A DNA stretch of 38,785 bases from Octopus bimaculoides. Lineage: Eukaryota. The stretch covers positions 32,623,596 through 32,662,380 of the forward strand of contig NC_068997.1 of assembly GCF_001194135.2 (NCBI RefSeq), written 5' to 3'. Both the position numbers and the translations under genes were made by a program. Each line of letters starts with the position of its first letter. Within the stretch, counting starts at the first letter, position 1. The notes under the pieces are model-generated. The model was not told the DNA's origin. It did no database searches and saw nothing but the letters and a program-made list of their open reading frames with translations. Of this stretch, positions 11,100-21,789 are shown one piece after another.

Positions 11100-11637
11100 A
11101 TTGAGTGAGAGAGCAGTGCATGCCATCAAAGTGACACTGGGGTAAAATATACGAAGCCCAATATACCCATCATGACTACCCGTCTGATAAGGGTACACCA
11201 GGCACATGCATCACAACCATATGTGTGCGACATGGTGATCTCACATCAAGATAAACAGCGTATGACCTCGCAGGTGGGGCCCAGTTAGAATTTTCTTCAG
11301 GTCGGGTAGCCCATCCCGCTCAAAAAGACCCTGAATAAGGTTTGTTTAAGGATGTAGAACAAAACACCCATGTTTCCAAAGGTGAATTATTCAAACCTCA
11401 AAGAATTCCTCTCAACACATGGCTATGATGCTCCCCCACTACTTCTGCTCATGATCAGAGATGCACATATCGTCAGCCACCGAGGGACATGCTCAACTGG
11501 TTAAGGTGGTCAAGCAATTGACAAGCAAATCTGTAGACCATCTTTTATACCAAGACAAAACCATGTACATGATAACACTGTCAATCAATTAAGATCAGAA
11601 GCAATGAGAGCCACTGCCTGGTACTGCATCCGGGCAT
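11100..11637 (-). mobile_element. ~540-bp non-coding retroposon ending in ctctcactca(ATA)n
   Basis: Complex non-coding sequence bounded by (TTA)n tracts on both sides; no ORF. Confidence 0.6.
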
Positions 11638-12239
11638 TTATTATTATTATTATTATTATTGTTGTTGCTGTTGTTGTTGTTGTTGTTGTTGTTGTTGTAT
11701 ACGAAAGAAATTGTTGTATACAGTGCTAAGGTGCACTTCAACTAAGGGGAGGTGGAAAGCCATCAGTTGTACTGTTGGTGGATTTCAGAAAGCATGGAAG
11801 TTTTGAAGGCTGTAGTGTCTTGACAGCAAACGACTGATGCGGGTAGTTTATCGCATGCTTCAGTAATTCTGAGCATGGAACAATGTTTCCGAAAGTCGTG
11901 AGTGCTGTGTTGTTTTTTGATTCTGTAAGCATCTCCACGAGTGTTTGACATATGGAATTGAAAAAGAAAGTGGATAATCTTGTGGGTTTTTACTGTACGA
12001 TTTTAGAATTCATCTCCACTGTTTTAAGGTAACCTACCTGATCTTAGTTTCCTATCAATTGTTGGTTCTTTATGTTTTCTAATTAATTAATTGAATGTAG
12101 TATACCAAGTGAATAATTTTATACTTATAAAAAATCAAATTGTCGACAAACGAGTTTTGCGTGGAAGTTGCAGTCGCAAAATATTCAGTTTCTGGTCAGA
12201 TAGAATTAAGCAAGAAATAAGAACTGGTATTTTATTAGT

Positions 12240-12410
12240 TTATCTTTTATCTTTTACCTTTTATTTATTTCAGTTATCAAGCTGTGGCCACGCTGGGGCA
12301 ACGCCTTTAAGTGTTTTTTTTAGTCGAATGTCTCGAACCCAGTACTTTTCTAAGCCTGGTACTTATTCTATTGATCTACTGCTAAGTCACAGGAACGCAA
12401 ACACACTAGC
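12240..12410 (-). mobile_element. SINE-B 3' fragment
   Basis: Reverse complement of the SINE-B tail (aataagtaccaggcttagaaaagtactggg...ccccagcgtggccacagc). Confidence 0.7.
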
Positions 12411-13254
12411 ACCTGCGCTTTATTTATTTATTTATTGAGAGACAGACAGAGAAAGACAGAGAGCGAAACAGAGAGACGGAAAGCTTATTGGGAGATTACG
12501 CTTCTGTTGATGCTCTGTACATTCACAAACTTAACAGACACTCGGAATTAATATGATTCTGTAGACAGAAGTTTAAGAACACTGAAACATTTCAAACCAA
12601 TTATATTTCCAACATGTTAATACTTACCCAGCCTTGCATACTCTGCTACAAACTAGTACATATCAACTAATCTTACTTCTAATTTTTATACAACCTTTAT
12701 ATCTATCATAACGTTCAATTTACCAAACAATAACTGTTATTTTAATAAATATATATTTGACCAATGCCAAAGCCTAGAATATATTTTACAATATCCGTAG
12801 AATAAAGAAATTAAATTCAACGGTTAAAAACAATGGATTCAACCATTAACCTATCAAAAGATCAAATTATGTTTATTAACTTCTATTTTATTCTAGTTCA
12901 TAATCTTCGATCACTTCTAACGCCATATTAATATTAACAGGTTACAGGTTTACATTTCCATCAAATATTCGAGTGTATACAAACATAAATTCTATAACAA
13001 ATATTTGAGTGCATTTTTTATATAAAGTTTGTATCATTTACTGCTATGTGATTTATATAATAAGTTTTATTGTACTTTTTATCATATTTGATTATTTTGT
13101 ATTAGGATTTTGTATTACAATTTGTCTCAACATGTAACAACATTGTTCCTTATAATAGCATACACATTGCACACAATTATACACATTTCTGAAATGGTAT
13201 AATAAATAATACAAGTGATAAGCTGTGAATATCCATACATTTAATCGCTCCAAA

Positions 13255-13440
13255 TGCTGGCACGAGGTCAACAGTCTTAGAAGGAGGAGGAGGGAACGGC
13301 TTGTCGATTATATAGACCCCAGTACTTGACTGATACTTTATCTTTTTATTGACCTCAAAAAGACGAAAGGCAAAGATTATTTTGGCTAGATTTTAACTCA
13401 GATCGTAAAAAAACCCAGATGAAATACCGTTAAGCATTTT
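13255..13440 (-). mobile_element. SINE family A, degenerate copy
   Basis: gtcgattatatagaccccagtacttgactgatac...gaaaggcaaag...gaaataccgttaagcattt matches 10881-11087. Confidence 0.75.
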
Positions 13441-13512
13441 GTATCTATATATATTCTTTTGTTCTTTTACATGTTTCAACCCTAAGGCCGTGGTCATGCC
13501 GGGGCCATATAT

Positions 13513-13648
<136 letters not shown>

Positions 13649-14061
13649 CTATTTTGACTTTGGGTATATGTCTATTAGTTTGTCGATTAAAGCATATTCA
13701 CCGTTTGGTCTACCTGATGTCATCCACAGTAACAATATAATTTTCCCTGTACCAACGTACAACTAGCCAGAGCAATATGCCAAGAGGATCTCAGCATATC
13801 TAGTGAGATATTTTTCTACACCAAGAAGCAGGAGTGATACAGTGTGCACTGATTAAAGCAACACAACCAGGATGCACAATATCCTATGGTACGAATGCAG
13901 GATATGTCGAAACGATCGTCGTGCTGAATTCATACTAAATCTATCTTCTGCTTCCTTTATCAACTATATATATATATATCTATATCTATATATATATATA
14001 CATAAATATACAAACATACATACATATATGCATACATATATATGTATGTATGTATGTATGT

Positions 14062-14152
14062 ATTCGGCATACTCCTTTCAGTTTCCATCTACCAAATCCA
14101 TTCACAGAACCATGTGCTTGGGAAGCAAACGTCTTACTACACAGCCACGTAT
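14062..14152 (-). mobile_element. SINE-B 5' fragment with internal deletion
   Basis: Minus strand gtggctgtgtagtaagacgtttgcttcccaagcacatggttc joined directly to tgtgaatggatttggtagatggaaactgaaag. Confidence 0.75.
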
Positions 14153-14544
14153 ACTATTGACATATTTAAATGTCTTTCCATATTTATGGCAATATTTTAA
14201 CCTAAGACTAGTCCTACTATTTAATAACTTTAATTTTGAAGTAATTATGTAATACATTTCCTCTAGGAAAGAATCACATTTAAAATTACCAGAATTGTAC
14301 GATGGCATGTAACTAGTAATGAACCACTTTGTATTGTAGTTATTATTCCTGTCTTTCAAATCCTAAATGTATTGCTAAGATTCATAGAATTGTATTTTGT
14401 TCTAAACTTAAATAAAGAATGGTTATGTAATCTCGGTGTCCAAATTGTATTTATCATACACAAGGAATTGCCTTGAATCTTAATTCCATTTGAATTTATT
14501 AATATCTGATTGTTTGATGTCGTATAATGTATGTATATATATGT

Positions 14545-14765
14545 GTGTGTGTGTATGTTTGTGTCTGTGTTTGTCCCCCAACATCGCTTGACAACCGATG
14601 CTGGTGTGTTTACGTCCCCGTAACCTAGCGGTTCGGCAAAAGAGATCGATAGAATAAGTACTAGGCTTCCAAAGAATAAGTCCTAGGGTCGATTTGCTCA
14701 ACTAAAAGGCGGTGCTCCAGCATGGCCGCAGTCAAATGACTGAAACAAGTAAAATGAGTAAAAAG
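14545..14765 (+). mobile_element. SINE-B 3' half
   Basis: gtcccccaacatcgcttgacaaccgatgctgg...ggcggtgctccagcatggccgcagtcaaatgactgaaacaag, colinear with the other SINE-B copies. Confidence 0.9.
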
Positions 14766-15399
14766 TATATATATAGAATGTTGAAAATTGACGCATGGGT
14801 TGATATGTATAAGGAAAATAAGACAAGGTAGAAAATGCTGAAGTAATTTTATCATGAAATACATTTTGTAATGGCTAGTACCGGTTTCTGTCTTTTCGAC
14901 TTTTTCAACTAAGAGTAAAACGAAGGTGGATTTTGATTAAGAAGAGAAACAATTAAATTGAAGAAAAAATTAAATGAAATGTTTTGTAAATATTGAAGAC
15001 TATATATACAAACACACATACATACATTTATAAACAGAGGCACACATGTATCTGTAACACAAAACGCGTGGTATGACAATAGCTTCTGTATAGATTTCAC
15101 TCGATTACTGTCTCATTTGTAATCTAATTAGCATTAAAACGGATTTCGATTTCTCTTACGAAATATCTCGCAGTTATCCACGATTAAACTACTAAGTTAT
15201 TGCCCATTTGTTCAGAAAAATGTTATTTGCTTAGTATGACAAGAAACCTTGTATTAATTTTGAAAAAAAAAAAAAAACTAATCATAGTTTGCAAGGTCTA
15301 ATATAAACTATACTGCAAAAAAATGGGGCTCTTAATTATATGCATACACTCACGAACGCACACATTTATACATACATACTTACAGGTATCTAGCTAGCT

Positions 15400-15640
15400 A
15401 AATAGATAGATAGATAAATAGATAGATAGATCGATAGATATCTTTTTATTATAGCCACACAGGGCTAAATACAGAAAATGGACAAATTACAATGTAGAGC
15501 TTTTCTTTGGGGGGAAAGGGGGGATAATTTCGATCAAAAGGGATCACGGAAAAAAAAAAGGTGGGGATTTCGATGAAAAGGGATCGCGGGGAAAAAAAGG
15601 GGGGTGGCGATCAATAGGGATCGTGTATCACAGTCAATGT
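15400..15640 (-). mobile_element. Second copy of the AATAAA+(CTAT)n-tailed repeat
   Basis: Reverse complement matches 255-345; it abuts the truncated 5' end of the Tc1. Confidence 0.55.
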
Positions 15641-15644
15641 AAAA

Positions 15645-16759
15645 AAAACGGGGAACAGATTAGGTTTATCCGTTACCAAGCCACTGGCCAATACAAAGAT
15701 CGGCAAAGAACGGGCGCTCTGAGAAAAAGAACAGTACAGATGGATCAGCGAATTCATAGGATCTCTAAAGGTAACCGAATGCTAGCAGCAGTGGACATTT
15801 GCAAGCAATTATCTGATGAAACTGACAACAGTTTTACACCACAGACTATCAGAAACTACCTAAGAGAATTTGGACTGTTCGGCCGGATCGCTCGAAAGAA
15901 GCCGATAATTTCTGAGATGAACCAGCAGAAGCAGATCAAGTTTGCTAAAAGCCATATTGAATGGACAGTTGAAGATTGGTCAATAGTTCTTTAGAGCGAC
16001 GAATCCCGCTTCTGCATCTTTGGATCAAACGGAAAGACTTGTCAGACTCCGTCTATCCTAAATGTGTCAAGAAAACGACAGACTGAACACTGTAGGCTAT
16101 CTGCAATTAGAAAATGAAAATATGCTAACATATTTAAATAATCAGATGCCACCAGGATTTATTTTCCAAAAGGACAATTGCCCCGTCCATAAGGCGAGAA
16201 AAGTTTTGCAATATTTTGAGCACAATAATATGGTGGTTATTAAGTGGCCTCCGCAGAGCCCGGTTTTGAATCCGATACAAAATTTATGGAACAATTTTTT
16301 TAAAAGAGTACATGCTAAAAAAAAAACCCAACAAATTCATCCCAATTATATAATTTTATTGAAGAAATATGGCAGAACATTCCAAGTGATTTTTGTGCTC
16401 ATTTGTCGAACGCCATGACCCCACCGTGGTAAGGCCATAATTGAAAATAATGGCTATGGAACTAGATACTAATGATAAATTCTTGTTCGTTGACCATTTG
16501 TGCGGTAAATTTTCAATTTAAACAGAATAACGTTGGTACGGTCTTAAACTTATTCCGCCGACTATTTTTTAATCATTTGAATTAATTACGCATTAAAATT
16601 ATTCAAATTGTAGAAAGATATATAAAACCTAAATCATTCGAAAGAGAAAAAAATTCTACATGAGCTGTAAAAAGTAAAATAATTTTATACAGTTTTGTTA
16701 AAAATATATTAATGAAGGAAAGAACTGTCAACATCGTCTTAAACTTATTTTGGTTAGTG
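15645..16759 (+). mobile_element. 5'-truncated Tc1-family transposon (DD34E, IR/DR-type end) with pseudogenised transposase
   Basis: Translations include RYQATGQYKDRQRTG, GRIARKKP, WTVEDWSIVL*SDESRF and FIFQKDNCPVH...WPPQSPVLNPIQNLW (34-residue spacing, E read as Q). Direct repeat gtcttaaacttatt at 16541 and 16736; end ...ttagtg|TA at 16759-16761. Confidence 0.9.
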
Positions 16760-17065
16760 TATTTTCACATAGTTATGTACTACTGCACGCATCTCTCTTT
16801 TCCCCTCTGTCTCTCTCTTGCAAATACATCGAAGCAGTAAAGAAACGTATCAACACACAATGTAACTGCAGGTGCATACACCTATACATATATGAACAAA
16901 CCAACTCAACCGCATATTTACAAAACCACGAATTGTCTTAACTTGAAAAAGTCTTGTCACTTTGTTGGCAACCACCTTCAACTGCAGTAACATATGTATA
17001 CACACACACGCACTCGTATATATAAAGATATACACATATATATAAATTGATATCAACAGCTACGC

Positions 17066-17096
<31 letters not shown>

Positions 17097-17152
17097 CTAT
17101 AGACACAGAGGCATACAGATATATGCATGCATACAGGCATTCCGTATATACA

Positions 17153-17192
<40 letters not shown>

Positions 17193-17589
17193 TGTGTGTG
17201 TGTGCGCATATGAGTGTATGTGTGTGTGTGTGTGTATGTGTGTGTGCGTGTGTGTGTATTAAAGTAAGACTGTTAAATGCGTGTATGTATGAGTTTATCT
17301 CAAGCATGTAGGTGTGGTTAAAGTTTAAATGGCTCTAAAATTATTCCTGACCACTTTCTGTTCCTTCTTTCTCCTATTCTTTTTCCACTTTCTGACCATC
17401 CTAACACTTCCTTCTCCTCTTCCCACCACTCTTGTCTCACTGTCCACGCATTTGTCCAAATTACTTTCTTTTATAGTGGTGACCTCTTCACCTTCAGTTT
17501 AGCACCATGCCAGCTGCCCACGCTCATTGTTGTCCAGTAGACGGGCGCTCTGGTCAATTGAAAGCCGGGTCTTGACCCAAGCACAAGCT

Positions 17590-18345
17590 TGTCTGACCAT
17601 CTACTCACCAAGATTACTATACTACCATCGCTCACCTCCGCCACCTTCCCCACTATCAATACAATCCCCATCCCTCCAATCACCATCTCCACCTGCTTAT
17701 TACCGTTACTATCACCATCCGCCTACAATGACCACCACCACCACCACCACCACCACCACTCTTCCATCCATCTACCTCTAACTCTTCTCATTGTTTCTTT
17801 AAACGAGTTTTGTAGCTTTCTTTGTTCGTAAAGTCCTTCCCATCCTCTTACTACCACTTCTCTGCAACTACATCACTGTTACTACTAACTTTTATGGTCG
17901 TCTCCATCAGCATTTCACACAACCAGCAGCGACACTAATCCTTGCCTTCACCACACACATGCCATCTGCATCCACATCATCATCATTGTTGTCATCATCA
18001 TCATCGTCGTCGTCGTCATCATCAAAACATCGCCATAACCACACCATCACTACCGTCATCATTGTCATCGTCATCGTCAACACCACCACTGGTCATAGGC
18101 TCGAGAACAGAGTGTGCATAAGGTGCAAGTACCCCATACACTTTTTGGGGTGTGGGGGGGGGGACAATGAAAATGACTTGAACAACCTGGGCTGGGCCTG
18201 GGTTTGCATTCCTTGAGCAAATCTCGTTACCACCATCATCATCGCCGTTTCATCATTAAATCATCAGCATTACTACCAACGATCCCACCGCACCATAATA
18301 TAGCCAGCATCGCTATCCTCCTCCTCCTCCTCCTCCTCCTCCTCG

Positions 18346-18382
<37 letters not shown>

Positions 18383-18800
18383 CCTCCACCTCCTCATCAT
18401 CCTCATCATCATTATCAACATGACTATCTCATGTCATCGCCTTTGAACGTTATCACTAGCAATACCCTCAACAACAATAACAACAGCAAAAAGATCACCA
18501 TCCACACGCGTCCCCTCCTAAATTCGAAACTGTTCAACGTCAGCGCCATCATGTCACTATCAATAATAACGGTAATGTGACTAAACAAAGCCTCCTGAAA
18601 CTCCAGCCGAAGACGTTATGATCCTCCATTACCACCAGTCGTGACAAGAGCGTGAGAAAAGAAAAGGGAATCTTTACCAATAGACCCACTAGAAACAGTA
18701 ACCAAATCCCTCTCAAATCATACCGTCTTGAATGAGGAAACAATTACACTGCATAATACGATCATAGATACCTCTAAACTGACGGCGTAAAATGTATACT

Positions 18801-18861
<61 letters not shown>

Positions 18862-18885
18862 GCAGCAGCAGCAGCAGCAGCAGCA
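17590..18885. repeat. Strand-biased mosaic of trinucleotide repeats (CAC, CAT, CGT, CCT, CAA, CAG)
   Basis: Direct reading; no continuous ORF. Confidence 0.85.
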
Positions 18886-19984
18886 TCACTATTAACAACG
18901 GCAGCAGTGAACCAACGAAGGAGTAAAATATAACAGCCAAACCGAACAACACTCTTAAAGAAAAAAAACAAAACACGTTAGCTTTTAAAAGCAAAGACGC
19001 CACGGATGGAACGCCATTAATCAAAGGTTTGTCCGACAACAATTTCACCAACTCGAACATTATTAAACTACCTTACGCACAGAAACCTCATTAAACAGGG
19101 AAGTATTTGATATACCTGTATTTTTCTATGTTGTTCAAATACATGCTACTGGCCACTCTGAAATGCAAATGACCTGAGCGATAAATGTCCTCTACTCTTT
19201 TTTTTTTATGTATAAACCTGTCCCTTGGCTACAAGAGATAGAGTCGAACATCTGTCGTGCCGATGATGGTTATTTAACCAAAAGCACGAGCCCACGATTT
19301 CCCCTTATCTCCAGATGATGAGGATGATGATGATGATGATGACGATTATAATGATAATGATGATGTTAACGATGATGATGGTAAATTTTTCCTTAATGGC
19401 ACGTCAACTTTGAAGAATTCTCGAATTTTAAGATTATCTCCCCTTCACTGGTCTTAATTGCCAGTCGGTAATTATGATACATTTTCTCTAGAGACAGAGA
19501 TGATCTTAGTGAATAAAGGATTTATGCTGTATGGTATTTGCGATACCTATATTTGTTTTCTATGTTGTTCGATATACAACTTTGCCGGTTATATGGCACG
19601 CTGCACCCCAGTGATGTACCCACGCTGCACCCCAGTGCATACAGACGGTTTCGGTTGAAGATTTTTCATGGACAGGTAATTCCAAAATGAGCGTTATCGT
19701 GATTTACTGATTTCAACAAATCATTATATTTAAATGACTAACTCTAGCTAAAAAAGACGAATGTGACTGCGCTGAAATTTTAATTGCATTCAATTAATTA
19801 AAAATAGGTTGTAGTAGAGTATCTGATCTTCAGCAGAGGCCGAAATGTGAGTGGTGCACTCGCTGGCCGCTGCTAAGACGAATTTTCCACACTGATAGTT
19901 GTTTTTAACAGAAGTCTATAAGAGGTGATATCTCAGAACAAACACTGCTGTAACAGGCCTATCGACAGTGCATATGCATTAAAT

Positions 19985-20845
19985 GAGTGTAGGACAAAAG
20001 TCTCTTAGAACAAAAAACCTCACGGACATAATTAAAGTGTGGAAGTGGACAAAAGCCCCAAGGTTATATTTTTCAGTTATTTTTTTGTTTTTCTCACCTT
20101 TTTTTTGTTTCAGTTATTAGATTGCGGCATGATGTGGCACCGCCTTGAAGAATTTTTAGTCGACTGCATCGATCAGCACTTTAAAATTTAGATTTAAAGT
20201 CTTTTGTTTTCTTCTCTCAGCACTTACAGATTAATAAGAATGAGCTGACCTTTTGAACTTTCTTCGGCCGTTGAAGGTCTAACAGAATTATGGCACCGAA
20301 GGCTAGTCGCTCAAACGTACTTCTTATCGTTTCTCTCTATCTACACATTTCTTGAAGTAAATGTTTTACTTTTAGTTAGAATTCAGACAATATGTACATT
20401 GAGTCGTAAAGTGTCTTGTGTTCTGTTATTGCATTCTACTTATTTATTTTCGAGTGAATATATTTTGTTCACTTAAAAATTGGAATTTTGGAAAATAAAA
20501 GTGGGTTTTTTTTAACAACCGCGATTTCCGTTTTTTGTTTAAGTGAAATTATTTTTTTTTAAATCTTAAAGATTTGGCTGTTATTTCTAGCATGTGGGGA
20601 GACCTTTTAGGCTTAACTTCATTTACTGGTTGAAAATTATCTAAAAAACATTCTGGGGTCCATACATTCGACTAAAAATTCCTCAAGGTGGTACCCCAGC
20701 ATGGCCACAGCTTAATGATTGCAACCACTAAAAAGAAAAAAAAACGATAAAAATAACCGAAAAATATAACCGTGGGGCTTTTGTCCGTGGGGCTTTTAGC
20801 CTAGGGGGCTTTTGTCCTAGGAGGCTTTTGTTCGGGTCCCACATT
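19985..20845. mobile_element. Non-autonomous DNA element with ~200-bp imperfect TIRs containing tandem GGACAAAAGCCCC units (MULE/foldback-like)
   Basis: Right arm has four 15-16-bp units at 20772-20833. Left arm has matching units at 19992-20060 and a shared ggttatatttt(c)rgttattttt. Superfamily inferred from architecture only; TSD not resolved. Confidence 0.7.
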
Positions 20846-20896
20846 AAGTATATAGAGATGAGCACACACACACGCGCACACACATACACATTTCTC

Positions 20897-21029
20897 AGTC
20901 CTTTCTGTCGAAGAGCGTAGGATCGAAACGTCAAAGACTTTCCCATTTTTCCTGAGCGTCAAACTAGTACATCTTGCTTGTTGTTTCCTCACCTGTCGCT
21001 ATCTTTTTTTTTTGTATATTTGAACCTTA

Positions 21030-21030
<1 letters not shown>
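20897..21030 (+). ncRNA. Short repeat carrying a minimal type-I hammerhead-like motif (CUGUCGA core), copy 1
   Basis: agtccttt CTGTCGA a gagc-gtag-gatc GAAA c GTC aaagact. The downstream ~90 bp are shared with the copy at 35660-35790. Confidence 0.55.
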
Positions 21031-21168
<138 letters not shown>

Positions 21169-21342
21169 TTCTCTGGTACCAGAAAAGAAATTTTAACTTC
21201 TATTTCTAAATTCGGTGCGTAGTGAAGCAATTGGCTGACCCTAATTATAATTATGTTTATAATTATAGAATATTTGTGTATGTGTGTATATATATAATAA
21301 AACTTCGTAATTCGTCTGCATCCTTTCAAAAAAATATGTTAA

Positions 21343-21478
21343 GCTCATAAGCCCTGATGAGATTCTGCCCCATATAGTTGAAAATGATGACTAATTCTTA
21401 GCATAAGAATCTACCCAAATGCTTAGAATTACTAATTACCTAGGGGCATGAATCGAAACATATATGTAGATTTTGGGC
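21343..21478 (+). ncRNA. Type-I hammerhead ribozyme-like motif with canonical core and long stem II
   Basis: CTGATGA at 21354-21360. Stem II gattc-tgcccc (21361-71) pairs with ggggca-t-gaatc (21443-54). GAAA at 21455-58, palindromic acatatatgt stem III, GUA triplet at 21466-68. Imperfect stem I gctca(t)aagcc/gattttgggc. Confidence 0.65.
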
Positions 21479-21789
21479 ATCTGCCGTTTCTTTTAGAGCT
21501 TTATAATTTATAATTTATTTGTATTGTTTTTATTAAAAACTTTCAACCTCTTTATATCATACAAATAAATTATCTACATCCATAATTCTCTTCCTTCCTT
21601 CCATCATATATNNNNNNNNNNNNNNNNNNNNNNNNNNNNNNNNNNNNNNNNNNNNNNNNNNNNNNNNNNNNNNNNNNNNNNNNNNNNNNNNNNNNNNNNN
21701 NNNNNNNNNNNNNNNNNNNNNNNNNNNNNNNNNNNNNNNATATATATATATATACACATATATTCGTGTGGCATTCAATGAAACATAAT

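Noticed and set aside
11700-12000. Non-repetitive-looking block with two ~60-aa minus-strand ORFs
   Set aside because: No recognisable domain, codon pattern or convincing splice sites.
18244-18270. Minus-strand CTGATGA-tttaatgat-GAAAC
   Set aside because: It arises within CAT repeats and has no stem II, stem III or cleavage triplet.
20772-20833. Four 15-16-bp units as a CRISPR-like array
   Set aside because: No spacers, eukaryotic context, and the units are mirrored in the opposite TIR.
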